DNA of 64,000 bases. Origin: an uncultured Bacteroidaceae bacterium. GTDB lineage: Bacteria; Bacillota; Clostridia; Christensenellales; CAG-917. Position 1 is the first letter of the stretch; each line of letters opens with the position of its first letter. A model generated the notes under the pieces. That model had not been told where the DNA came from, did not search any database, and saw only the letters and a list, made by a program, of their open reading frames with translations. The translations under genes were made by a program, and so were the position numbers. Shown in pieces: positions 38,110 to 46,405 of this stretch. Where the stretch lies: contig CAZLVK010000001.1 in the NCBI GenBank assembly GCA_964563025.1, forward strand, positions 12,451-76,450, written 5' to 3'.

Positions 38110-38688
38110 ATGAACTTATCAGACGCAAACAATTTAACGGAACAATTATTATCTGCAGAATGGGTAAAAATCATCCATCCCGGCACCGCGCCTGCAACCA
38201 CGGCGGAAACGAAAAGAATATATGCACAAGAAAACAATTCTTCTCATTGTTCAGTTTGTCTAAACTTAAACGGGTGCTGTTTTGTTATCAATATTTGTCC
38301 CGCTATTCCGCATCATCCGCATTGTCATTGCTATTTGAATAACGTACAGCGCATGACCGTTACGATAGAATGTCCGATAATTAAATTTACAAGGTATGCG
38401 TTTGTCCATCAAGAAGTCGGAGATAAAAAGCAACTTTTTGAAGCGTGGGGATTTGATATTAGCGACTCGGAATATTTGCAAAAAGAATTTTCAGAACAAG
38501 CATATATTGCTTATTCTACCGGAAATTATACTCTCGCAAATCTAAACAGTTACGCTCAAAAAATTAACATTGAAATTACTCTAAAACGAAAAGACAACAA
38601 CGAGTACATAACGTTCAAAACAGGTTGGACGGTTTACCCTGACGGGAAAATTTTGCTCGCAACGCCATACGCTAATCAAAAAAAATAA
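38110..38688 (+). CDS. MuF-type Cys/His motif fused to a DUF6883-like C-terminal domain (192 aa)
   Basis: Strong RBS AAGGAGG. HCSVCLNLNGCCFV...PHHPHCHCYL resembles the C..C..L.G...P.HP.C.C signature of SPP1 gp7/Mu F head-morphogenesis proteins. The C-terminus KFTRYAFVHQEVGDKKQLFEAWGFD...TGWTVYPDGKILLATPY follows the DUF6883 pattern as I remember it. The region is AT-rich. Confidence 0.55.
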   Translation: MNLSDANNLTEQLLSAEWVKIIHPGTAPATTAETKRIYAQENNSSHCSVCLNLNGCCFVINICPAIPHHPHCHCYLNNVQRMTVTIECPIIKFTRYAFVHQEVGDKKQLFEAWGFDISDSEYLQKEFSEQAYIAYSTGNYTLANLNSYAQKINIEITLKRKDNNEYITFKTGWTVYPDGKILLATPYANQKK

Positions 38689-38740
38689 ATTTACAAACTT
38701 TGCAAAACTGTATTATACTCATAATAAGGAGATTTGATTT

Positions 38741-39127
38741 ATGCAAGAATACGACATAGTTGAACTAATAGTCGAAAAAGAGTGTTACGCCAAAGAAGGG
38801 GCGCACAAAGGGGATATAGGCACCATTTTGGACCCGCGAAAAATCGAGGGCTCATGGTTTGTCGTTTTTCCAAAAGAGTTATATATAGACGATAACGAGC
38901 AATTGGCTCAAAATATTGCTGAAGCCGTAATCAAAGAAGAGGACTTGCGACTTGTAAAAGCGATGAACGTTGATTTATCAGAAGAATATTTTTGTTTCAC
39001 GCACAATCCGCAAATCATAGACAACGTCCCCGACGACCTCTATGAAGTGCTTGAAAGAAGAGGCGATCTCGACAAATGTTTCTCCCCTATTCCAAAGCCC
39101 AAAAAAGACGAAACAAAAAAGGATTAA
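38741..39127 (+). CDS. DUF4926-like protein (128 aa)
   Basis: RBS AAGGAG. The N-terminus MQEYDIVELIVE...HKGDIGTILD...FVVF...IKEEDLRLV follows the DUF4926 pattern. The C-terminal tail is basic. Confidence 0.55.
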   Translation: MQEYDIVELIVEKECYAKEGAHKGDIGTILDPRKIEGSWFVVFPKELYIDDNEQLAQNIAEAVIKEEDLRLVKAMNVDLSEEYFCFTHNPQIIDNVPDDLYEVLERRGDLDKCFSPIPKPKKDETKKD

Positions 39128-39173
39128 TTGTCGTCAAAAGTAATTTTCAAACAGACACAATCAAAGCATTAAA

Positions 39174-39210
39174 CAAAAAAAATCCGACGAGAGTATCGTC
39201 GGATTTTTAT
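39174..39210. terminator. bidirectional terminator (right boundary hairpin of the islet)
   Basis: AAAAAAAATCCGACGA-gagta-TCGTCGGATTTTTATT. Confidence 0.8.
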
Positions 39211-39407
39211 TCTATATCGAACAAATCTTCATACGCACAATCAAACGTTTCCTTAAGTTTTTTGATATGCGCCACATCGGGTTCGGTGTAGCCGTTTTCC
39301 CAGTGTCCTATCGTTTTGAAGGGCACTCCCAACTTCTCTGCCAAATCCTTTTGCGTCATCTCATTGACTTTTCTGAGTTCCTTGATATTATCGCCAATTG
39401 TTTTCAT
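39207..39407 (-). CDS. XRE-family HTH transcriptional regulator (66 aa)
   Basis: IKELRKVNEMTQKDLAEKLGVPFKTIGHWENGYTEPD is a canonical Cro/C1-type HTH. Confidence 0.9.
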   Translation of the reverse strand: MKTIGDNIKELRKVNEMTQKDLAEKLGVPFKTIGHWENGYTEPDVAHIKKLKETFDCAYEDLFDIE

Positions 39408-39418
39408 ATTTATATTAT

Positions 39419-39461
39419 CTCAACAATTGAGTATTTGCGCTTGGCGGTCTCAATATTTGAG
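39419..39461. promoter_or_regulatory. twin palindromic operators upstream of the XRE gene
   Basis: CTCAAcaaTTGAG (39419-39431) and CTCAAtatTTGAG (39449-39461). The centres are 30 bp apart, and the sites start 12 nt upstream of the XRE start codon. Confidence 0.6.
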
Positions 39462-39558
39462 CATTTACATCGGCGCGTCGCGCCTCGAGTTCCGTCTCCG
39501 AAAGAGTAATTGCGTATACTCACCCGCCCATAGTGCAGTTCGAACAAAAACAATCATA

Positions 39559-39594
39559 TCATTCCGAGCGTAGCGTGGGAATCTCCCGGAAGGG
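39559..39594 (+). repeat. dispersed intergenic repeat (TCATTCCGAGCGTAGCGTGGGAATCTCCCGGAAGG)
   Basis: Near-identical to the reverse complement of 7367..7402. Confidence 0.8.
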
Positions 39595-39644
39595 AAACGA
39601 CACATAAACACCACCATTATTTCACCAAACAATGTTTTATCCAC

Positions 39645-39677
39645 AAAAAATCCACCGATAAACGGTGGATTTTTTCA
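39645..39677. terminator. terminator downstream of gpmI (bidirectional)
   Basis: AAAAAATCCACCG-ataaa-CGGTGGATTTTTT. Confidence 0.8.
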
Positions 39678-39696
39678 TTATGCACTAAAATTAGGC

Positions 39697-41262
39697 TTAC
39701 TTAATAATCGCTTTGTCCCAATGCTCGTCGGGAGCATAACCCATAAGTTTTGCGACGGTTGCAGCCATGCCCGAAAGTCCGAATTCGCCGTCTGCGATTT
39801 CGACGTCCGCGTTGTAAACAATGAACGGAACGGGGTTCAAAGAGTGCGCCGTACGCACCGCAATTTTGCCTTTTTTGTTCTTTTCGAGCATCTCGTCCGC
39901 GTTGCCGTGGTCGGCGGTTACGACGAGGATAGCGTTCGCTTTATCTATGACGGGAAGAAGTCTTTGGAGTCCGAGATCAACAGCCTCTACGCCGACTATC
40001 GTAGCGTCGAGATTGCCGGTATGACCGACCATATCGCCGTTCGGATAGTTGCAACGGATGAAGCCGTATTTACCGCTTTCGATAGCCTCGATAACTTTGT
40101 CGGTGACTTCTGCCGATTTCATCCAGGGACGCTCGTCGAAGGACACCTTATCGCTGGGGATTTCCTCCCAGGTTTCGAGGGTATCGCTGAATTTTTCACT
40201 GCGGTTGCCGTTCCAGAAATACGTCACGTGGCCGTACTTTTGAGTTTCGGACACGGCGTAAGAGGGAACGTTATGGTTCACGCAAAATTCCGAGAGCGTA
40301 TATTTGATTTTCGGTGGTTCGACGAGGAATTTTTCGGGGAGTTTGAGGTCTCCGTCGTATTGGAGCATACCCGCGTATTCGACCTTGGGCATATCCTTTC
40401 TGTCGAACTTATCGAAGTCGGCGTTGTCGAAAGCCATACTGAGTTCGATTGCGCGGTCCCCTCTGAAATTGAAGAGGATGACGCTGTCGCCGTCGTGCAT
40501 TGCGCCTACGGGCTCGCCGTTTTCTTTCACGACGAAAGCGGGAAGGTCTTGGTCGATGACACCCGGATTTTCGGCGCGGAAGGTTTCGATTGCCTCGGTA
40601 GCGGACGCAAATCCCCTACCCTCTCCGTAGACGTGGGTGTAGAAACCGTCGCGGACCATATCCCAGTTTGCGAAATATCTGTCCATCGTGATTTTCATTC
40701 TACCGCCACCGGACGCAATACGCGCGTCGAAAGCACCGTCGTTCAGTTCCGCCATAGCGTTTTCGAGTTGCTCGACGTAGACGAGAGCGGAAGTCGCGGG
40801 GACGTCTCTTCCGTCGAGAAGAGCATGCACTCTGACCTTCTTTACGCCGTCCGCTTTTGCGCCCTTGATAAGTGCGACGAGATGGGAGATATTGCTATGC
40901 ACGTTGCCGTCCGAAAGGAGCCCGATGAAGTGCATAGTGCCGTCCAATTTCAAGCAATTATCTTTGAGCGTAGTCCATGCGGATGACTTGAATATATCAC
41001 CGCTTTCGATAGCCTCTTCGACGAGTTTCGCACCCTGCGAATAGACTTGACCGCAACCGAGTGCGTTATGTCCGACTTCGCTGTTGCCCATATCGTCGTC
41101 GGAGGGAAGTCCGACCGCGGTGCCGTGCGCCTTGATATAGGTATGCGGACACGTGGACAGAAGTTTGTCGAGAGTCGGAGTATTTGCAAGCGTAACGGCG
41201 TCGCCGAGACCGGTCTTAGACTGTCCGACGCCGTCCATAACTACAAGAACGATTTGTCTCAT
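39697..41262 (-). CDS. gpmI: 2,3-bisphosphoglycerate-independent phosphoglycerate mutase
   Basis: MRQIVLVVMDGVG..., SEVGHNALG, ETQKYGHVTYFWNG and TADHGN motifs of iPGM. Start at ATG 41262. Confidence 0.9.
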   Translation of the reverse strand: MRQIVLVVMDGVGQSKTGLGDAVTLANTPTLDKLLSTCPHTYIKAHGTAVGLPSDDDMGNSEVGHNALGCGQVYSQGAKLVEEAIESGDIFKSSAWTTLKDNCLKLDGTMHFIGLLSDGNVHSNISHLVALIKGAKADGVKKVRVHALLDGRDVPATSALVYVEQLENAMAELNDGAFDARIASGGGRMKITMDRYFANWDMVRDGFYTHVYGEGRGFASATEAIETFRAENPGVIDQDLPAFVVKENGEPVGAMHDGDSVILFNFRGDRAIELSMAFDNADFDKFDRKDMPKVEYAGMLQYDGDLKLPEKFLVEPPKIKYTLSEFCVNHNVPSYAVSETQKYGHVTYFWNGNRSEKFSDTLETWEEIPSDKVSFDERPWMKSAEVTDKVIEAIESGKYGFIRCNYPNGDMVGHTGNLDATIVGVEAVDLGLQRLLPVIDKANAILVVTADHGNADEMLEKNKKGKIAVRTAHSLNPVPFIVYNADVEIADGEFGLSGMAATVAKLMGYAPDEHWDKAIIK

Positions 41263-41413
41263 ATTATATCCTTTTTGGTCGTGCAAATCATAAGCGCGCC
41301 GTTTTTTGTATTGTCAAAACGGCACGTTTATACACACGTTTTTGTTTGTTAAAACCTTATTTTTGCGATTTGCGCATTTAATGCGCCCGCAAAACACGGG
41401 CGCATAAATTTGC

Positions 41414-42163
41414 TTAGAAGTTTACGACTTGGCTGAAATCGACTGCCTTCAAGGACGCTCCGCCGATGAGACCGCCGTCGATGTCGGGTTGTGCCATAAG
41501 TTCGGATACGTTCTTGGGGTTCATGCTTCCGCCATATTGGATGCGGAGTTTGTTTGCAAGTTTTCTGCCGTAGAGTTTTGCGACCATGCTACGGATATTC
41601 TTAATGGTTTCTTCCGCTTGTTCCGCAGTTGCGGTCTTACCGGTGCCGATTGCCCAAACGGGTTCGTATGCGATGACGATGTTTTTGAGTTCTTCTTCGG
41701 AGATGCCTTCAAATGCGCCGTTGACTTGTTTTCTGACGACGGATTTGGTACGGTTTTTCTCGCGTTGTTCGAGGGTTTCGCCAACGCAGATGATGGGTTT
41801 GAGACCTGCCGCAAGCGCCGCTTTGACTCTGCCGTTTACGGTTGCGTCGGTTTCGCCGAAATATTGACGGCGTTCACTGTGTCCGATGATGACGTATTCA
41901 ACGCCGAGTTCGACGAGCATATTCGCGCTGATTTCGCCCGTGAACGCACCTTTTTCAGCCCAGTGAACGTTCTCCGCGCCGACTTTGATATTGGTGCCTT
42001 TGGTCATTTCGACTGCGGTTGCAAGGTCGGTATAGGGGGTGCAAATGACGACGTCGCATTTCGCGTCCTTAACGAGAGGGATAAGGTCGGTGATGAGAGC
42101 CTTGGTATCCGCGATGGTGTTGTTCATCTTCCAGTTGCCTGCTATGATAGGTTTTCTTGCCAT
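41414..42163 (-). CDS. tpiA: triose-phosphate isomerase
   Basis: AGNWKMN, IIGHSERR and YEPVWAIGTG. Confidence 0.95.
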   Translation of the reverse strand: MARKPIIAGNWKMNNTIADTKALITDLIPLVKDAKCDVVICTPYTDLATAVEMTKGTNIKVGAENVHWAEKGAFTGEISANMLVELGVEYVIIGHSERRQYFGETDATVNGRVKAALAAGLKPIICVGETLEQREKNRTKSVVRKQVNGAFEGISEEELKNIVIAYEPVWAIGTGKTATAEQAEETIKNIRSMVAKLYGRKLANKLRIQYGGSMNPKNVSELMAQPDIDGGLIGGASLKAVDFSQVVNF

Positions 42164-42222
42164 AATTTTTTCTCCTTTATATAGTCGTGCCGAAGCGCGA
42201 ATTATTCATTGAATTAGTTATA

Positions 42223-43527
42223 TTAGTCTTTGTCGTTGAGGCATGCGATACCGGGAAGAACTTTGCCTTCCAAGAATTCGAGGGAAGCCCCGCCACCGGT
42301 AGAGATATGGGACATCTTATCCGCATAGCCGAGGGTTGCGACTGCCGCCGCGCTGTCGCCACCGCCGATGATAGTGGTTGCATCGATAGATGCAAGCGCG
42401 GATGCGATTGCCTTTGTGCCTACTGCGAAGTTTTCCATTTCAAAAACGCCCATAGGTCCGTTCCAAACGACGGTCTTTGCGGATTTGATAGCGTCCGAGA
42501 AGAGTTCGATGGTCTTGGGACCGATATCGAGACCTTGCCAGCCGTCGGGAATACCGTCGCCACGGGTGTGTTTGATATTCGCATCGTTGGAGAATGCGTC
42601 CGCGATGGTGTTGTCAACGGGGAGATAGAGTTTCACGCCTTTTGCTTCCGCTTTTGCCATGAGTTCTTTTGCGAGTTCGATTTTGTCCTCTTCGAGGAGG
42701 GAATCGCCGATGCTGAAGCCTTGCGCCTTGAGGAAGGTGTAGGACATACCGCCACCGATGATGATAGCGTCGCACTTATTGATGAGATTTTCGATTACGC
42801 CGATTTTGTCGCTGACTTTCGCACCTCCGAGGATTGCGAGGAAAGGACGAACGGGATTTTCGACTGCCGCACCGAGGAATTTGAGTTCCTTTTCGATGAG
42901 GAAACCGCTGACCGCGACTTTTGCAAATCCGTATTGAACGATACCTGCTGTGGTTGCGTGCGCTCTGTGTGCGGTGCCGAACGCATCGTTTACGTATACG
43001 TCGCAGAAATCTGCGAGTTTACGGCAAAGTTCTTCGCTGTTTTTCTCTTCACCCGCGTCGAAACGAGTGTTTTCGAGAAGAACGATTTCTCCGTCTTGGA
43101 GTGCGGCTACCTTTGCATGCGCGTCGTCGCCGACGAGGTCGGTCGCGAAACTGACTTTTCCGGGGAAGATTTGAGCGAGTCTGTCCGCAACGGGTTTGAG
43201 GGAGAACTTTTTAGGATCGTTCTTGAGTGCTTTTGCGATATATTCCGCTTTCGCCGCTTCTCTTTCGTTTTCGGGAAGTGCTTCGACGGCTTTCTTTTCT
43301 TTCTTGGTAAGACCGAAACCGGGGGTAAAAATATTGTGGGGTTTGCCGAGGTGAGAGCAAAGAATCACTTTTGCGCCGTTGTCAACCAAATATTGAATGG
43401 TAGGGAGCGCGCCGTTGATACGGTTTTCGTCGGTGATGACGCCGTCTTGCATAGGAACGTTGAAGTCGCAACGGACCAAACATTTTTTGCCTTTCACGTC
43501 GATGTCGCGTACAGTCTTTTTTGCCAT
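42223..43527 (-). CDS. pgk: phosphoglycerate kinase (with an insertion of about 35 aa after the SHLG motif)
   Basis: [31 protein letters not shown] and IIGGGDS. Start at ATG 43527 behind AAGGAG. Confidence 0.95.
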   Translation of the reverse strand: MAKKTVRDIDVKGKKCLVRCDFNVPMQDGVITDENRINGALPTIQYLVDNGAKVILCSHLGKPHNIFTPGFGLTKKEKKAVEALPENEREAAKAEYIAKALKNDPKKFSLKPVADRLAQIFPGKVSFATDLVGDDAHAKVAALQDGEIVLLENTRFDAGEEKNSEELCRKLADFCDVYVNDAFGTAHRAHATTAGIVQYGFAKVAVSGFLIEKELKFLGAAVENPVRPFLAILGGAKVSDKIGVIENLINKCDAIIIGGGMSYTFLKAQGFSIGDSLLEEDKIELAKELMAKAEAKGVKLYLPVDNTIADAFSNDANIKHTRGDGIPDGWQGLDIGPKTIELFSDAIKSAKTVVWNGPMGVFEMENFAVGTKAIASALASIDATTIIGGGDSAAAVATLGYADKMSHISTGGGASLEFLEGKVLPGIACLNDKD

Positions 43528-43681
43528 ATACTGAAATCTCCTTATGAGCGTGCAAGCGCACGCATAATATTTTATTCTCAAAGATTATATCACTTTTATA
43601 AGAGTTTTGCAATAAAATGAGCACACATTCGTTTTCGGTCGCATTTCGATTGCCGTTTCTGACCTTAAGCATCAATTTTAA

Positions 43682-43854
43682 ACACTTTTCGTGTACTTTG
43701 CAATTATACCGCATGCCAATGATAACACTTATCGTGTATTAGTCGCAAACTAAACGTCGCCAAAACCACGCGATTTCTATGCAAAATTAACGTTTTTTAA
43801 GAAATTGAGCGGTTTTCAACAAACACACTAAAATTATCACTACACGTTTTGTGT
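43682..43854. promoter_or_regulatory. three ACAC-N5-GTGT palindromes in the pgk/C45 divergent intergenic region
   Basis: ACACttttcGTGT (43682-43694), ACACttatcGTGT (43725-43737) and ACACgttttGTGT (43842-43854). The first two share AACACTTnTCGTGTA. Confidence 0.5.
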
Positions 43855-44044
43855 ATTTATAACAATTTGAATTTTGCGGACATACGAACCGTATCCTTTT
43901 CTTCATCACGCAACGCAGCGAAGGGTTACCTTCGTTCCGTCAACATTTTCCCCGCAAAATTCGCACAACGGTTGTGCTTATTTCAAAAATGATATATAAT
44001 ACCTATGCCAATTTTCTTGGCACAATTCACGGTCGGAGCAACGT

Positions 44045-45070
44045 ATGCTGGAATTATTTGAAGTCAAAGGCACGGATTACGAAATGGGCTTCCAAATCGG
44101 AAGCAAGTTCAAGGCTTATCTAAAAAAGAGAATCGCATCTTTCGACGAAATGGCAACCGATTATTCTTCTATTATCTCGGAAATCGAATACAAACTTTCC
44201 GTATCCTTCCCGCACTTGCTTCAAGAAATCTACGGTAGAGCGGACGGAGCGGAAATTTCGAGAAAATCCTATCTTTTGATGCTTTTCCCCGAACTTTATC
44301 GCAAAGCGGAAGGTTGTACTACCCTCGTTCTCAAAAAATCCGACGGCGAAGTGCTTTTTGCGCACAACGACGACAACGAATGTTTCAATCTCGCAAACAC
44401 CGCCCTCATCAAATATAATTTCGGCGACGACTATATCGTGTCCTACACGATGGTGGAACGCTTGTCCGGCAGTGCGTTCTCGTTCAACGGTAGCGGTATG
44501 GTGTTTTCTAGCAACTACATTTTCGGGGACAACGAAAATCTTCACAACCTATCCCGTTACGTCGCCGTCAGAGACGTTATCAATTCTAAAAGTATCGACG
44601 AAGGAATCGCAAAACTCCGCACAACCGAAGTTGCGTCTCCGTTCAGTCTCAATATGCTCGACTTGAACACCCACCGTGCGGTCAACGTCGAAAAGGATAT
44701 TTCCGACGTCTATATCACCGAAATCACCGACCGCTACGCAAGATCGAATCACTTCCACACCAAGCAGGGAGACAGCAAAACTGCAACGGCGGATTCTATT
44801 TTCAGACACAAAAAGGCGAACGAACTTATCTCCGCTCTCGACAATAATACCGCCGAAATCACCGACCTCGTAGAAATTCTCAAATACACGACGGACGTTT
44901 ACGACGAAAGCATCTACAAAGAGTACGGCAAATATCCGGGGGTTTGGGTGACGGACGCGACCTTCGCGGTGGACACTGCGGACGAAAACTTCACCGTCTA
45001 CGACTATATGGGAAAATCCGTCCTCAAAATCGACCGCCAAGGCAACCTCGTCAGCCAAACGCGAGCATAA
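44045..45070 (+). CDS. C45-family peptidase / acyl-CoA:6-APA acyltransferase-like
   Basis: N-terminus MLELFEVKGTDYEMGFQIG and the nucleophile context AEGCTTLV...FAHNDDNE. Confidence 0.8.
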   Translation: MLELFEVKGTDYEMGFQIGSKFKAYLKKRIASFDEMATDYSSIISEIEYKLSVSFPHLLQEIYGRADGAEISRKSYLLMLFPELYRKAEGCTTLVLKKSDGEVLFAHNDDNECFNLANTALIKYNFGDDYIVSYTMVERLSGSAFSFNGSGMVFSSNYIFGDNENLHNLSRYVAVRDVINSKSIDEGIAKLRTTEVASPFSLNMLDLNTHRAVNVEKDISDVYITEITDRYARSNHFHTKQGDSKTATADSIFRHKKANELISALDNNTAEITDLVEILKYTTDVYDESIYKEYGKYPGVWVTDATFAVDTADENFTVYDYMGKSVLKIDRQGNLVSQTRA

Positions 45071-45090
45071 GTTACCCAGAGAATTGCAAA

Positions 45091-45174
45091 CAGGAGCCGA
45101 CAGTCGGCGCAATCTACAAGTTGGCAAGTTATTTCGACGTATCTTCGGACTATTTGATAGGTTTGGACGACTGA
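45091..45174 (+). pseudogene. 3' remnant of an XRE-family HTH gene
   Basis: Translates to QEPTVGAIYKLASYFDVSSDYLIGLDD*, the typical C-terminal third of a Cro/C1 HTH domain. No N-terminal half or start is present. It overlaps and follows the C45 stop. Confidence 0.5.
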
Positions 45175-45192
45175 ACAACCACTAAACACAGA

Positions 45193-45222
45193 AAAACCGC
45201 GGAAATTCGTCCGCGGTTTTTG
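45193..45222. terminator. bidirectional terminator
   Basis: AAAAACCGCGGA-aattcg-TCCGCGGTTTTT. Confidence 0.8.
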
Positions 45223-45241
45223 ATTGAATTCTTTTTTCCTT

Positions 45242-45883
45242 TCAATTATTTTCAGTGGTATTCAAGACGTTGTTGCGCAGTGCAAATTCCGAAACGGCAA
45301 AAAAGTTTTCATCGAAACAATATCTTTCTTGCCCTGACTTCATCCATTTCTGTCCCCAACTCAATTTTGACACGTCTTCGCTGAATTGCACGAAATATTT
45401 TTCTCCTTCGCGCATCGTTTCTGGGCTTTCAGAACCGCTCAAATCATAAATTCTCGCCTGCAAATCCGCTTCGAGTTTATCGCAAAAATATGCAAATTGC
45501 GCCTCTTTTGTTTCGCGCTCGTCAAATTCGTTTATCAGATTTTCGTACTCTTCTCCGTCGATTAAGCCCTCAAAAATTTTCTTGACCGCATCGTGCCCGA
45601 TAATTTCCTTTTCTTCGCGCGAAATTTCAAACATGGTCAAGTCGCCTATCAAAATTTCTTCGGTTTCGTGGACTGCAAGCATTTTCAAGACTTTTTCGAT
45701 ATCGACGTCATATTCATACTCGCTTTTCATAGCGATTGCGAGCATCTGCGTACCGTAAACGTGTTCAGCGACGCTTTCAAGCCTTTCGGGTTGAATTTTG
45801 AAATTTAGCCATCCAGTTCTGACGACGTTTTTCAATCTGTTGCAAAGCACGTAATATTTGATGACGTTTTCAGCCTTATTCAT
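45242..45883 (-). CDS. HD-superfamily hydrolase (YfbR/5'-deoxynucleotidase-like)
   Basis: RTGW...ESVAEHVYG...LAVHETEEILIGD pattern. Start at ATG 45883 behind GGAGGGG. Confidence 0.75.
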   Translation of the reverse strand: MNKAENVIKYYVLCNRLKNVVRTGWLNFKIQPERLESVAEHVYGTQMLAIAMKSEYEYDVDIEKVLKMLAVHETEEILIGDLTMFEISREEKEIIGHDAVKKIFEGLIDGEEYENLINEFDERETKEAQFAYFCDKLEADLQARIYDLSGSESPETMREGEKYFVQFSEDVSKLSWGQKWMKSGQERYCFDENFFAVSEFALRNNVLNTTENN

Positions 45884-45912
45884 CTTCCCCTCCGAACATA
45901 CACGAACAACAT

Positions 45913-46398
45913 TCAGAACTGCGTCAAATGACCGCTTTCGAGTAGGTCTGCGCAATCATTCTGCCTGATTGCCTCGTAGACGACTATCGCTACGGAGTTG
46001 CTGAGGTTCAGACTCCTTGCATCCGCAATCATAGGTATGCGCACGGCTAAATCGTAGTTGTCGTGAAGAAGTTCTTCTGGAAGCCCCTTGGTTTCTTTTC
46101 CGAAGACGAGGTAATCTCCGTCTTTGAAGTCAGCCTTGTCGTATCTTTTCGCGCCCTTCGTCGTCAAAAACCACATTCTGCCGTCCTTATTTTTTTCGAG
46201 AAATTCGGCAAGATTTTCATACACAGTCACGTCGAGCAAATGCCAATAATCCAGCCCCGCTCTCTTCAACGACTTATCGTCGATAGAGAAACCGAGAGGT
46301 TTCACAAGGTGCAATTTAGAGCCGGTTGCGGCGCAAGTGCGTGCGATATTGCCGGTGTTTTGCGGGATTTCGGGTTCGACCAAAACTATGTTGAACAT
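45913..46398 (-). CDS. trmL: tRNA (cytidine/uridine-2'-O)-methyltransferase TrmL
   Basis: MFNIVLVEPEIPQNTGNIARTCAATG and the C-terminal SpoU knot motif SLNLSNSVAIVVYE. Confidence 0.9.
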   Translation of the reverse strand: MFNIVLVEPEIPQNTGNIARTCAATGSKLHLVKPLGFSIDDKSLKRAGLDYWHLLDVTVYENLAEFLEKNKDGRMWFLTTKGAKRYDKADFKDGDYLVFGKETKGLPEELLHDNYDLAVRIPMIADARSLNLSNSVAIVVYEAIRQNDCADLLESGHLTQF

Positions 46399-46405
46399 AT
46401 CTTCC

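Noticed and set aside
42187-43620. A 477-aa + ORF antisense to pgk, with similar long antisense ORFs at 171..1013, 8261..9004, 12450..13502, 13499..14410, 30430..31923, 32375..33304, 39721..40986, 41429..42184, 46337..47320, 55816..56799 and 62396..63865
   Set aside because: Each lies opposite a gene with strong homology or natural composition. All share the same skewed shadow composition. Their length reflects avoidance of TTA, CTA and TCA codons in the sense frame rather than coding potential.
43528-44044. A missing gap or cggR gene, or a small ORF, in the long pgk upstream region
   Set aside because: No ORF of at least 60 aa with plausible composition is present, and the region is AT-rich with regulatory-looking palindromes. 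It is treated as non-coding.
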